Shown: in pieces, positions 49,691 to 63,277 of the stretch | Layout: the number at the start of each line of letters is the position of its first letter | Position numbering within the stretch: position 1 is the first letter of the stretch | Assembly (NCBI GenBank): GCA_951406725.2 | Contig: OX597816.1 | Location: 93,434,001 to 93,498,000, forward strand | DNA: 64,000 nucleotides | From: Octopus vulgaris | Taxonomy: Eukaryota | Direction: 5' to 3' | Program-made: the position numbers and the translations under genes | The notes under the pieces: generated by a model | What the model was told of the DNA's origin: nothing | Seen by the model: the letters and a program-made list of their open reading frames with translations, nothing else | The model's database searches: none

Positions 49691-51315
49691 TCATTATTGT
49701 TATTATTGATGTTGTTGTTTTTAATAGTAGTAGTAGTAGTAGTTGATGATGTGGATAGCAATATAAAAACGACTGAAGAGATGAGGCCAATGACGATGAT
49801 GATGATGATGATGATAGCAATGACGGTGATGATAGTGATTAGATAAAGCACTACATGCAGCTATGTGATGCTGGCACCTATCGCCATCTGTGAATTGTAT
49901 ATCCACAATTTCATTTGATTTGGCAGAAACTGTAAACAACCAGTATAACTTCCATTTATTTATTTATTCATTTATTTATTTATTTTCTGTCTATCATTTA
50001 GTGAAGGTCATCAAAACATAAGATAATGTTGTATATCCCATAATTAGGTTAACAATGTGGAAAACTGCTGTTTCTCTGTTTCTCTCTTAGGTTTTGTTAT
50101 TATCAGGTATGATAAAACAACCAATCTCCTGCCATAGAACTAACTACAACACCAACACAAGCAATACACTGAAGAGAATTAAATATAAATACAATCAGAA
50201 TAAAGGAAAAATGCTAAGCATATAGGCTGATGTATTAGCAAGTAGGTTTGAAGTGGTATGTTTTTACGCCCAAACCAACAAGTTTCATTTTTATTGGTGC
50301 AAGCGGGTTGAGCAAGAGAAGAGTTTATCAATCCAATTAATTTAAGCCATCAATAAAACACAATTAGTGAATGTGTTTCACACAAAAAGCACTTTAAATC
50401 AATCAGTTTTCTGTCTCCAGTCACTGTTATTTAGCATTCCATTAATGATGAATTCGTCCTATTGTTTCTCTGATTTCTTTTTAAGCGTTGGCTGCCACTG
50501 TAACCCCACCATCACTGTTGGTGTTTGTTATCATCCTCACCCCCCATCATCATCATCATCATCATCAAAATCACCATCATCACTACCACCACTACCAACA
50601 CCACTATCACCATCGTCATCATCATCATTGCCACCACTACTACCACCACCACCATCACTATCATCACCTTCATCAGCATCATTATCGTTAATACTAGACT
50701 TTATTATCATTATTATTATTATTTTTAATTTATAGAACACAGAGAACTATAAAAGTTATTACTTTAGTGATGACAACACCAACCATTTGTATAATTACTA
50801 TCGATTGTTCTAGAAGGAAATAAAAACAAAAGGAAAGGGAGAAAAAAAGAGAAAGAAGAAATCATAGTTAAAATGCTTATTGAGAAATCCATTATCAAGA
50901 TTCATTCTGTTGAGATAACTCACTGAGTTTTAGTCTGGTATCTGACATGTAATTACAGCAATTGTAGGATATCATTTCAAATCTTTATCAAGTGCAACAC
51001 AGAGCATTGTAATATATCAATGTTCTGAAATATCACCTCTACAATTATATGATATTACATAGCAATTTTAAATGTTTATTATATTCTTACAGATGTATTT
51101 GTGAAGAACTTTTTGCAAGATGCCATGTCATTAGACATTTGTGTCTTAAGCGTGAAATCTAATAAATGATTGTTGTAGCACAGGAGGATCAAGTGACGGG
51201 AACAGGCGTTTATGCACTTAGCTTTTGTAAGTTTGGATTTCATTATTACAGGTGACTCCAATTTCCCCTCTGATGTCTGAGTGCAAAAAGCTTCTTCTCT
51301 TTATTTTATTTATCT

Positions 51316-51347
<32 letters not shown>

Positions 51348-51604
51348 TGGTTTGATCTACAGGGAAGGGTTGTGCCCTTACTAACACTGATAAAATTGAT
51401 GCCAATGGCATAGTATGGAGTGTGTCTAGGTATGTGCACCTCACAGCGTGACGACTTTGTGAATGCATATTTGCTGTAGTCTTTGGTATGTTATGTTAAA
51501 GGAAAATATGGAAAATATTTTAAAAAGGGAAGAATACAAGGATGTCAAATTTCTATAAACAAACGTATGTGATAGGTAGGAATCAGAGAGGAGGAAAGAA
51601 GGTA

Positions 51605-52035
51605 TAATGACATACATACACGTGCACACATGTACATGTGCATGTGTGCATATACATACATACATATACACACACACATATATACAGATATATACATATG
51701 CATATATATAAACATATGCATATACATATACATACATATATACACATGCATGCTCACACAGATCCGCAAATGTATTCATACACACATGTGCATGTGCATA
51801 CATATTCACATATATTCACACACACATACATACATGCAGGCACACATGCACTTACAGTCACACATACGCATGCACACATGTACTTACGTATACATGTATA
51901 CACATACACACACTCACTAATATATATTTTTATATATGTATGCATGTACATATACATACACACACACACATATATTTACATACATACATAAAAATACATG
52001 CACACACATGTATCCGCTTGTATGTCCATATATGT
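51605..52035. repeat. (CA/TA)n-derived low-complexity tract
   Basis: Direct reading of the sequence. Confidence 0.9.
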
Positions 52036-52139
52036 AGTATTAAATTACTAAGATCCTTAAAGTAGGTAGTATTCTGGATAGTGTTAGTAGGACAGTTTGG
52101 GTAATGTTGTGGTCTAGTGCATGGGTTTCAATGGTGGAG

Positions 52140-52345
52140 CCATGTACATGTTGGGCGCTTGTGTATTCAGAGTTGTTATAGTGTGAATTTTGATAGTAGA
52201 GAGAAAGCTTTTGTTTATTAGAGGTTGTTATGATAGACTTGAAGTTGGGTGGGGTGGAAGAGAATAGCTTCAGAGTAGATCTATTAAAGATAGAGTAATA
52301 TTTATGTTGAGAGTGAAGTTGAAGTCCAGCACATTAAAGAAGGAT
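52140..52345 (-). mobile_element. Penelope-like fragment (RT/EN linker), decayed
   Basis: FFNVLDFNF/HKYYSIFNRSTLKLFSSTPPNFKSII resembles FLFLLDKHF..HRYRKIFNRHSVNLLYSCCPNMQSII at ~61905-62030. Confidence 0.65.
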
Positions 52346-53103
52346 TTTCACTAAATTCTTAACGTTTAGTGAGAGTGGTGTGTATACCACTTTCTTTTAG
52401 GTGCTTAGGGGTAGTGCTATCTATATTTTTGGAAAATGGAGACGGTTAGCATGGCCCATTATTGTTAGCTGGCAATGACACACCAACCATCAGAATCTCA
52501 ACAGACCACACATGCACTATGCTAGAACCCCAGGAGAACCTGCATTAAGACAACCTAGACCATACACACACACATATAACACTAGGTCAAAAGCTAAAAC
52601 AGCTAACAACAATGGGCCATGCTACCAACTAACACTCCTTTTCTCATTTCTTTCACCTTTTCCTTTCTTTCACTCTTTTCACTTTTTCCTTCCCTCTTTT
52701 TTTCTTTTTTTCTCTCTTTCTTCCTTTCATTTTCTCTTCCTATTTTCATTTTGACCTATCTTCTCATTCTAATCATATACATCTCTCACCCCCACCATCT
52801 ATTCACAAATACTACCAATACATTCTCAAATTTTCATTCACACCACAAAACCCTTTTGAATGAGCAATACAGAATCCACTGCTCTATACCTTGAAATGAC
52901 TACACATGAACTACTATTGGAACTTACATACTATACCCAGGAAACTTTTTTTTACCTCTTCTATACACCACTTTCCTCAAATAATGGAACTGCAGCTACA
53001 ATATCTTTATATATAACTTTTTCCTTATTAATGTCCTGAAAACTCACAGCCTTGGCTTTGTTATCTCATTTTGTCCAATATATATACATATATATATATA
53101 TAG

Positions 53104-53176
<73 letters not shown>

Positions 53177-53481
53177 TATATATATTCATTACGAAACTCA
53201 ATATTATCATAAATACCGTTACCCTATCTATGTTTATATGCAGAGAAAAATTGAACCCATCTCATTCACATTTTTGTCACCCTTTTAATGCAAACCAAAC
53301 AAAAGAAATGTATTGTTTGTTTACATATAATATGCAGTTATATCATTGAATATTGTGACATACAAAATAAAATTGAAGTGAAGCAGGCTGATATATAGGT
53401 GCTTAATAGCAATGTTATCTTAGTATTACTTATGCTAAAAAGAAAAATTCTAAAAGTATATTTACTATTGTTAAAGCTATG

Positions 53482-54126
53482 GGTATATCTACGCAATTGT
53501 GCCCCCCCCCCCCCCGATTTCTTTCTTCATAACTTCCAGAAAAATAGATTTCTTTAATAAAATTTTTAACCACAACTTGTGAAAATTATTTTTCCAAGGG
53601 TTGGGGAGAGAAGTTTCAGAAAATTTGCACAAGTCAGCTTTATTTCTGCAAATCTTCCTGACAAATGGGTATTTTAAAATGAAATCTTCTACAAATACCT
53701 TTCAGAATGTGGAAATCACGATTATATCAAAATCTAATGTGATATGGAAAAATGGTGAGTATGTAATTTTTTTCCTAAATTTCAAATTTCATTTTGCAGA
53801 TATTTGTAATGTGTTAGTATGTATGTGTGCAAGCTCAACATTCTTTTTATTTTTTATAGTAGATTCCAGTATAATTGTAATCAGCACACTCTGAAAAGTA
53901 TTCATAGAAATTTCATCAAAAAAATATCTATTTTTCTGAACGTATATGGAAACTAAGCTGACTCATAGGAATTTTCCAAAACTTCTCTCCAAACATATGG
54001 AAAATTTTACACAACAAATTCTAATATAATCAGAAGCGTGTTTGTAGAAAATTTCATTAAAAATATCTATTTTACTGGAAGTTATGAGGAAAGAAAGTCA
54101 GTGAGGCACACATGTGTAGGTATGCC
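53482..54126. mobile_element. Fold-back MITE with long (70 bp or more) imperfect TIRs
   Basis: tttctttcttcataacttccagaaaaatagat / atctattttactggaagttatgaggaaagaaa. Inner pairs ggagagaagttt / aaacttctctcc and agtcagctt / aagctgact. Confidence 0.8.
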
Positions 54127-54267
54127 AAGCAATGAACTATTTATCCTAAGCAGACACTAGCAAAGCATGCAACAGTTGAAAATGTAAAATTTAAAGCAGA
54201 CAGCTACAAGATGAAATATTGCAAAGCAGTTGTTAACACACTATGAATTTAATATTAAAACACAATA

Positions 54268-54480
54268 AGGCAGCAAGCAGGCAGAATTATTAGCAAGGAG
54301 GGGAAAATGCTTAGCATTATTTCATCCATCTCTATGTTCTGAGTCTAAAATCAGCTGAGGTCAATTTTGCCTTTCATCCTTTCAGGGTCGATAAAATAAG
54401 TACCATTTGAGCACTTCAATGTAATTGACTTCACCACTTCCTTGAAATTACTGGCCTTGTGCTAAAATTTGAAACCAATG
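54268..54480 (+). mobile_element. SINE family B
   Basis: aaggcagcaagcaggcagaatt..gcctttcatcctttcagggtcgataaaataagtacc. Confidence 0.82.
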
Positions 54481-54670
54481 TTAAAAAACAATGATGAATA
54501 GATGAAGAATATTGACTGAAAAAAAAGACAACGAAACATAAGCTTCAATAGAAGTCATAGAGATGTTTGAAGGACTCTAGGACAGTTACCCACCACCATT
54601 GATATTAACCCCTGCCAAGAACATTTACCCTTGAGGACAACAGATAATGATTTAAAACTTCTTAATATAT

Positions 54671-54902
54671 ATTTCTTTACTGCCCACAAGGGGCTAAACA
54701 TAGAGGGGACAAACAAGGACAGACAAAGGGAGTAAGTCGATTACATCGACCCCAGTGCGAAACTGGTACTTTATTTATCGACCCCGAAAGGATGAAAGGT
54801 AAAGTCAACCTCGGCGGAATTTGAACTCAGAACGTAACGACAGACGAAATACCTCTAAGCATTTCGCCCGGCGCACTAACGTTTCTGCCAGCTCACTGCC
54901 TA
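54671..54902 (-). mobile_element. Young SINE family B copy with 19-bp TSD
   Basis: TSD ttaaaacttcttaatatat at 54652-54670 and 54903-54921. Meta/MESC-like core cctttcatcctttcggggtcgataaa..gtaccag. Confidence 0.93.
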
Positions 54903-55154
54903 TTAAAACTTCTTAATATATTGGAGAGGGAGTAACTGTCCTGGGGATAGTTGTCATCGAGAAGAATTGTCCTATGTGGGGTAATACAATCTGAACATGA
55001 GATGTAAGCCAAGTTATTCTTCAAATGACTGGTTACTTGTGTTTGTGCATGCCCATAATCTCTAGTCCAGTCATGAACACTTCCCTCTAGCTGGGTTATG
55101 CATTACTGTGCATGCATCACTGGATGTCCATAATAGGTATGCATTTTAAAAATT

Positions 55155-55483
55155 ACTGGCACTTGTGCCGGTGGCATGTAAAAAAAACATTCGAGCAAGG
55201 TCATTGCCAGTGCTGCTGGACTGGCTCCTGTGCAGGTGGCATGTAAAAAACACCATTTGAGCATGGCCGTTGCCTGTACTGCCTGACTGGCCCTCATGCT
55301 GGTGGCACGTAAAAGCACCCACTACACTCTCGGAGTGGTTGGCATTAGGAAGGGCATCCAGCTGTAGAAACTCTGCCAGATCAGATTGGAGCCTCGTGCA
55401 GCCATCTGGTTTGCCAGTCCTCAGTCAAATCATCCAACCCATGCTAGCATGGAAAGCGGACGTTAAACGATGATGATGATGAT
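55155..55483 (+). mobile_element. RTE LINE 3' UTR with modules and (GAT)n tail
   Basis: Close reverse complement of 3675-4000. Confidence 0.92.
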
Positions 55484-56085
55484 ATATATATATATAGATA
55501 TATATACACTCACACATACACACACATATACATATATATTCACATACACTCACATATATGTGTACATACACATGCATATATAAATGTGTGTCTGTGTGTG
55601 TAATAAGTGAAAAGGATTAATAGTTCTAGGCAGATAATCAGGGTTAAACAAATTTGGTTAACTATATGAAACAATGAGATGTCAAAGTAGAATTAACATC
55701 CAAAGTAACCCTACATGTATGACAAGTACATCCAAATATTGCTAAGAAGCATTTCAAGAAATTCAGGGTATAAGTCAACAAGAATGAAAATGGAGAGAAT
55801 CATATCTTTAATTAACGATTACATCCTCACATATGTATGTATGTATGTATGCATGCATGCATGCATGCATGCATGTATGTATGTAAGCATGTATGTATGT
55901 ATGTATGTATGTATGCATGCAGGCAGGTACGTACGTATTAATTACTTGTAGGGACACAGTATTTCATATATAGATGCATGCATACATACATACATACATA
56001 CATACATACATACATGTTAAGATCATCTCTACAGATTTTCCATTGAAATTATAGCCATCACTGATTTTGTATGTATGTATGCATG

Positions 56086-56530
56086 CATCATCATCATCTT
56101 TATCGTTTAATGTCTGTTTTCCATACTGGCATGGATTGGACAGTTTGACAGGAGCAGGCCAGCTAGGGAGCTGTCCAGACTCCAGTTTTCTGTTGTGGCA
56201 TAGTTTCTACAACTGGATGCCCTTCCTTATGCCAACCTCTTTTCAGGGTTTGCTGGGTGCTTTTCTATGTACCACCAGCACAGGTGCATTTACACAGCAC
56301 CAGCACATGTGCATTTTACATGGCACTAGCACCTGTAAAGGACAAGCCTGTGTGTATGGATGGCAGTGATTTTACATAGTTTGTTGCATTTTCTCAAGCA
56401 TAGCAAATCACAACTCCTAGTCCCTTGTCATTTCCTCAGTGAGGCCCAGTGTCCAAAGATCCTTTTTCATCACTTCATCCCACATCTTCCTAGATCTTTG
56501 CTTTCCACAAGTTCTCTCCACAATTCCATG
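56086..56530 (-). mobile_element. RTE LINE 3' end, degraded
   Basis: (CAT)n, ttccatactggcatggattgga, ctggatgcccttcc, cacttcatcccacatcttcctag. Confidence 0.8.
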
Positions 56531-56635
56531 AATGGTTAGCTTAAAACATCCCTACATATATTTCAACAGCATGATTTAGTTCAAATATGAGTCTATTAGA
56601 TAATTTATTAGGTAAAATTACATAAATTTGTATGT

Positions 56636-57890
56636 AATGTGGATGTTGTTTACCTGGACTTTGCTAAGGCTTTTAATTCTGTGCCACACAAAAGACTTAT
56701 GGTGAAACTCTCTGCAATGGGTGTAAGAGATGATCTCTATAACTGGTTGAAGTCTTTCATTATCAGCAGAAAAGAGGTTGTCACAGTTCTAGGACAGCAC
56801 TCTTCATTCTATGAGATGACATCTGGTGTACCACAGGGATCTGTTCTTGGCCCCCTTTTATTTGTTGCATATGTTAATGACATAGATGCCAATTTAAAGA
56901 ATGCCACAGTGCTGAAATATGCAGATGACATCAAGCTGTAACCTCAAAATAAAGAGGACAGATCCTGTACACTATAGATCTTTATTGCAATCAGACCTGG
57001 ACACTATGCAGCAGTGGATCATGGACTGGCAACTCAAGCTGGCTGTGGACAAATGTACCACCATGCATTTTGGGAGGAAAAACCCAGCATCTACTTACTC
57101 CCTCCACAAAATTAATCTCAAAAAGTCTTCTTGTGAACATGACCTGGGTATTATTGTCAACAGCGATTTGTGTTGGGCAAAACACATTGCTAAAATTGCC
57201 TAGAAGGCTGAGGGTGTCTTGGCATCACTTACCAAGTCCTTTGTGAGCTGCTCTCTGGTTATCTATCTGAGGCTTTATATAGCTATGGTGCGGCCTCACC
57301 TGGAATTTGCATCACAGGACTGGAAGCCCTATCTTGCCCAGGATATTAATCATCTGGAAACCGTTCAGTGACGTGCAACCAAGAGAATACCCTCCATCAG
57401 GCATTTGCCATATACTGAACGCCTTACTTCCCTGGGCATGGATACATTGAAACTCCGACATCCCGCAGCTGACTTGGCAGACACCCATAAAATTATAAAC
57501 CATCTTACTAACAATAACTCTGAGCACCTTTTCGAACTCCACCTGTCTAACACCCATGGACATGTTTACAAAGTCAGAAAACAGCACAGCTCCCATGACT
57601 TTTGGAAACATTTTTTCATACTAAGAGTTGCTGAAGTATGGAACAAACTGCCGGCATCAGTTGTTAGTTGTCGGAGCACTGCATCCTTCAAAACTTCCTT
57701 GCTTCCTGAGATTCACCAACATTACACCTGATTTTCTCCCCTCCATACACACACAAGCATGTATCTGACTCATACACTGTTCACTTCCCAGACATTTGTA
57801 CGTTACTACATATGCTTTATACACACTTTTGACAAGTTGTGGTGCACTTGAGCACTGTATACAATAATTTCATTATTATTATTATTATTA
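56636..57890 (+). mobile_element. 5'-truncated CR1-clade LINE (RT pseudogene) with (ATT)n tail
   Basis: VYLDFAKAFNSVPH, SGVPQGSVLGPLLF, YADD, DLGIIVNSDL, VRPHLEFA, VQ*RATK, WNKLP. Frameshift near 56940 and stops. Confidence 0.95.
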
Positions 57891-59079
57891 TATAAATTCT
57901 TTTTGATATCCATCAGCCATTTCCTTGGGTGATATTTTGCTAAATATTTTGGCAAAAATATGATAAATCCATCAGGGAAGTGAATATTTATCATATGCAG
58001 GATGCAACATGACAATTAGCATAAGATGGAGACATCATATTTGGTGACCAATCAAACAGCTGGATTCTGAAGACAACTAGAATAAAATATACCTTGGGAA
58101 GAATGATCAGATAGTCATTTGCAATTCAAATACTGAAATTTACTACTGTAGGGTATTAAAACCTGGTGACCAACCAAACGGCTCAATTCCAAAGGCAACT
58201 AAACAAATATAAACTAACCCTAGAATAGAAATGGTTATTGTCAATTCTTATCTTGGAATTTACAGCTAAGATAACTGCATGGGCAGGTTAATGAGCTGTT
58301 AATTGTCTTGATACATTCTGTTTGTGATAAATATTCTCTTCTCTTATGGATTTAACATATTTCTACTAAGATATTCAGCAGAATATTACCTGAAATGACC
58401 AGTGGTTAATCACAGGAATTTACATAGTGTTATCAAATGGATCATGTAATAGACTGATATTTGAATTAAATCACACTATTGAAAAGTGTATAGTAATGGT
58501 TTAAAGTATTTATTTGTTATGGTGATAGTCTTCCTTGGTCATGAGTGAACTACAATCATGTATGGATGGATGGATTTAAAGCATGTTTGTATGTGTGTAT
58601 TTGTAGCTGGAGAAGTGGCAACAAAACATCTGTTTACTTTTTACCCTAAATCCATGTGAAACAAGAGATCTCTTTCTTGAAAAACAGGTAAGGGTTAGCA
58701 GCAGGAAGGGCATCCAGTTGTAAAACAATGGTTCAATAATATATTCATTTAACCAATGCTAACATGAGAAAACACACAAGATGACCAAAGTATAACTTTT
58801 ATCAGTGTAACATCACTTTAAATCTAGGAAATATAAACTCAATAAGTATGTAATAAAATTTTAGAAATATCTTTTAATAATCATGTAATTATTTTGTATC
58901 ACATACATGTGAAGGGGATAAAGTATTAAACTATTAACTAATTGGGTGAAAACTCTGTGAACTCACATAAATCTACAGGTTTTATTGTGCCCATTGGTAG
59001 GATGTATGTTTTTTTCAAATGCCATAGTTCACCACCTCTCTATTGAGAATAAATGCCATAATGATATATGCAATATAAT

Positions 59080-59293
59080 CCTTTCTACTATAGGCACAAG
59101 GCCCGAAATTGAGGGGGGGGGGCCCAGTTGATTAGATTGACCCCAGTACACAACTAGTACTTAATTTATCGACCCTGAAAGGATGAAAGGCAAAGCTGAC
59201 CTTGGCAGAATTTGAACTCAGAACATAAAGACAGATGAAATACTGCTAAGCATTTCTCCTAGCATGCTAACGATTCTGCCAGCTCACTGCCTT
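59080..59293 (-). mobile_element. SINE family B with 16-bp TSD
   Basis: TSD atatatgcaatataat at 59064-59079 and 59294-59309. Confidence 0.92.
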
Positions 59294-59446
59294 ATATATG
59301 CAATATAATAGCAGAGGAAATTTATCTACTAAAACTTACAAGAGTGAATCTACGTACCAAATTCTCATTACTTTTGAAATATTTACATATTTCATATTTG
59401 TGAAGTTGATGATAGGAAATATTTCAGAGCAATGTTTATGAGATAC

Positions 59447-59685
59447 ATCATCATCATCATCATCATCATTGTTTAACATCGGTTGGACGGTTCGACCGGG
59501 GTCTGGGAAGACAGAAGACTGCACCAGGCTCCAGTCTGGTCTGGCAGTGTTTCTACAGCTGGATGCCCTACCTAACACCAGCCACTCTGTGAATATAGTG
59601 GGTGCTTTTTACATTGCTGGCATTGGCCACATTTGGATGGTGCTTTTTATGTGCCACCGGCATGGGTATCTTAACTACAATTTCT
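59447..59685 (-). mobile_element. RTE LINE 3' end
   Basis: (CAT)n tail, ggttggacggttcgacc, gtttctacagctggatgccct. Confidence 0.85.
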
Positions 59686-59821
59686 TTGTGCAAAATTAGT
59701 TGAAATGCTTACTTTATTTCTTTACAACTATCTGATTACTCCTAAAGCATCAGCTCCTTCATGTTTCCACTTGGAAAACATGTCTTTTTCTCGGCTGTTC
59801 TTTCATTATAATAGCAAGATA

Positions 59822-60055
59822 TACCATCCATCCTCTCCAGCCACTGCTCTGGAGAGGGTTGTGTAGGTAGAGTTATCCTCCATAATGTTCTGAGAGAAAC
59901 ACCAGTCATCATTAAACTTTCTAGCTGGATTCCTAAGCATAAGCAACTGAGACTGTAAATATTATCCAGGCATCTCATTCTTGGTCTACCCTTAAGTCTA
60001 CTGCCAACTGGCTCAACTTGAACAATCCATCTTGAGATCCTAACCTGCAACATTC
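59822..60055 (-). mobile_element. Old LINE (RTE-like) C-terminal remnant
   Basis: VGSRLKGRPRMRCLDNI resembles the RTE GxRxRGRPxxRWxDxI motif. Confidence 0.5.
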
Positions 60056-60732
60056 TAATCCTGTCTATAGCACCAGAACTGTGATATTCAACTCCTTAAA
60101 TATCATGCCAGCCTTATTTTCCTAAAAATCTTTGGAAATTCTCAAGTGCATTTAAATTCAGTAAAAGTCAACTAAATTTCTTTTTAAAAAGACCTTAATT
60201 ACTTTAAAGTAAAACCAGTAACACTGTTCACATACCATCATATCTACTTCTCTCAAGTCACTCTACCAGTTGTTCTGCAACATTACTATTTTATATCAAC
60301 CAGACTATAGTCACGTCTGTGCATTTTCAGATATTATATCTGCCAAGCTACCATCACATTTTAGCACACTGTAAGAGATTTTATATAAGTTTTAGATCAT
60401 TAGCATTGCTCTAGGAACCAGACTGGCAAATCAGTTTAGTACCTTAGAGAACCAAAGTGTTCCTCTACTACCATTTATATACCATATTATCTATCATGTA
60501 TGCTAGAGACAACAAGGTTACTGCCAGTTTCTTTATCAATTGAACTACATACTATCACATCTTAGTATGTTTACAATATCCTAAAGTGAAGTCAGATATT
60601 CATGGGGTTTTTTCTTTGGCTCTCCAACTCCTTGAAAATTATTTCTTAAAAGCCCTGATATGAACAGAGACTAAGATTAAATAAATATTTGCTGTATATA
60701 TTTGTATTATAGACACAATTATGGCTATGAAG

Positions 60733-60886
60733 CACAGGCATAGCTATGCGCTTAAAGAATCCACTTCCCAATCATGTGGTTTCAGATTCAATCCCACTGT
60801 ATGATACCTTGGGCAAGAGTCTAACCTGAGCCAACTAAAACCTTGTGAGTGGATTCTGTTTGATACAAACTGAAAGAAACCCATCA
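60733..60886 (+). mobile_element. SINE family A, 5' part
   Basis: ttcaatcccactgtatgataccttgggcaag..ccttgtgagtggatt..aaactgaaagaaaccc. Confidence 0.75.
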
Positions 60887-60916
60887 TGTATGTATGTGGC
60901 TCTCTGTCAGTCTATT

Positions 60917-60949
<33 letters not shown>

Positions 60950-60950
60950 G

Positions 60951-60981
<31 letters not shown>

Positions 60982-61209
60982 TAATAATATAGGGTAAAAT
61001 CAGTAATAATTTTACCAGGTAGCCAGTACAGAAATAAAAAAACCTTTTAGTTAAATTTGTGGCAAGGCACATAGCTGACCTCTTGGTATAATTATGTATA
61101 TAATTACAAAATAATTTGTGTGTGTGTGTATTATTTAATAGATACAATACATGATCTTATGTACTACTGATAGTTTCTTATGCTGAGAACATGCCAAATA
61201 ATAAATTAT

Positions 61210-61240
61210 AACATGTGTTACATCCCAACACAGTCATCAG
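61210..61240 (-). ncRNA. Degenerate hammerhead motif in the 3' region of the Penelope element
   Basis: Minus strand CTGATGA-ctgtgttgggat-GTAAC-acat-GTT, ~180 nt downstream of the PLE ORF end on the same strand. The GAAAC box is mutated. Confidence 0.5.
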
Positions 61241-61418
61241 GCACAAACCAAATCATATAAATACTATATAGAACCAGAAATTGAATGATAGAAGAAGCAC
61301 GGAAAGCCAAGAAGGAAGTATGTAGAAAGCATGGAAGAGTCATCAGAAATAAGTAAAAAGGTAAAAGAGTTATCTCTCTCAGACATTAAATTATAAGGCT
61401 GGAAAAAATATTAACAAG

Positions 61419-62085
61419 TTAATCGGGTATAGGTAAAATTTTCCAACTTTTCAAAAAGGACTTAGTCATATATTTACAACTACTGATAATTTCAGACCTA
61501 GAGTTCAGTAGTGAGTTAGGGATCTCAGATTTGAAAAGGATCTGAGCTCTTTCAGCTAAGCATAGCTTACATTTATTTGATCTATTAACATAAGGTGAGG
61601 ATTTTTCAATTATTTCCCAGTAAGTCATATGTGGTGTTGCATTAGATTTCAAACTCATTATGTGGCTTGCCAACTTAGGAGCTTTGCTTTTGTCCTTATG
61701 TTAGAAAGAAGCTTTATGATTAGCATAACGATTTTTAAATTCTCCTCATAATTCAATATAGGTCTTCCTATCAGTTCTATTATCATCTAGCATTGCAGTT
61801 ACTTCTGCCTTATATATGACAGATTTAATCATACATTATTGTCAAGTAGACAGGATCCTGGGTTTCTACAGTTACAACCGGATTTAGGCTCTTGATGTTG
61901 ACCTCATGTAATGATACTCTGCATATTGGGGCAGCAGCTATATAATAAATTCACAGAATGCCTGTTAAATATTTTCCTGTACCTGTGAGTTGCTGAAAAA
62001 TGTTTGTCTAGGAGAAACAGGAATCTTTTACCTATGTTAGTTTTTACATGAAAAGAAAAGGGAGGAGCAAACCTTATACTATGTG
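61419..62085 (-). mobile_element. Penelope-like retroelement 3' fragment: linker and GIY-YIG endonuclease
   Basis: FAPPFSFHVKTNIGKRFL..IFNR..YSCCPNM, CNCR..C, SVIYKAEV..TYI..EFKNRYANHKASF, LASHI..WEII..CKLCLAE..LLNSRSEIISSC. Confidence 0.92.
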
Positions 62086-62290
62086 GTTTGTGCCTGATAA
62101 CTATTGAGATGTTACACATGTTATAATTCATTATTTGGGATACTCTCAGCATAAGAAACAATTGGTAGCAAAAAAAAAAAAAATCATGTGTTGTGTCTAT
62201 TAAATAATATTTATCTCTCACTTGATGGAGTACTATTTTTGCTGATCTTACCATCACAGAACACTACATTATATATATATATATATATAC

Positions 62291-62520
62291 GTTTCTTTAC
62301 TGCCCACAAGGGGCTAAACATAGAGGGGACAAACAAGGACAGACACACGGATTAAGTCGATTACATCAACCCCAGTGCGTAACTGGTACTTAATTTATCG
62401 ACCCCAAAAGGATGAAAGGCAAAGTCGACCTCGGCGGAATTTGAACTCAGAACGTAGCGACAGGCGAAATACCGCTAAGCACTTTGCCCGGCGTGCTAAC
62501 ATCTCTGCCAGCTCGCTGCC
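62291..62520 (-). mobile_element. Young SINE family B copy
   Basis: Near-identical to 54671-54902, with CpGs largely retained. Confidence 0.93.
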
Positions 62521-63057
62521 TGTATTTTTAAAATTTTTTTATATATATATACACACATACACATACGTATGCATATGTGTATATATGTATGTATAGAGAA
62601 AGACATATAAAGAAAGGAGTATTTTACATCTTTAATAAAAAATTTTCCAGTATATAAAACTCCAACACGTTTTACTGTCTTAGGCTCCTTGGATGTGATA
62701 TTCAGTGCAACTAACAGATTCATATTAAATTAATTATAGTACACATTCTAGTCCAAAAACTCATCTTCTTTCGCAACTTTTTTCAAGATGTTCCCCCCTA
62801 TAGGTTTATGAAGTGAACTGTAATTTGTAGTATCAAAGATAAATGCCTGAAACATCATATATGGTGAGAGAAAGGAAATAAAGCAGAAATTAAGAGAAGT
62901 AGAGAAAGTATTGTGGATGTACTAATGAAATATGATATGCCCAGAGTTCCAGCTATATTTGAACACAAATTGACCCCAATGGATACTAACAAAGTAGATT
63001 AATATAATGTTATTCCTAGCAACTTATTTAGTTCAAAATGATTAAACTCATTGACCA

Positions 63058-63277
63058 TTAACCCTTAAAAATTTAAACCAGCCATATCTGGCCAAAATAT
63101 TCTACCTATTTTATCCTTGAACTGGTCATATTTGGTCATATCCTACAAAGTCATTTTAAAAATAAACCATCTCATAATCAAAATCTCAAAGCTATGAAAT
63201 AATGCATGATTAATTTTTAATAATGTTAATAGATAAGCATTATGTTTGAAATGGTAATCTGAATACTAAAGGTATAA
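63058..63277. mobile_element. Degraded TTAA/piggyBac-type MITE
   Basis: Left end TTAA|CCCTT. Right end gaatactaaaggtataa is a decayed AAAGGGTTAA. Confidence 0.5.

Noticed and set aside
62655-62730. Further very degenerate hammerhead-like motifs (also ~41495-41550 and ~63710-63740)
   Set aside because: One or both core boxes are too mutated to distinguish from chance without a family consensus.
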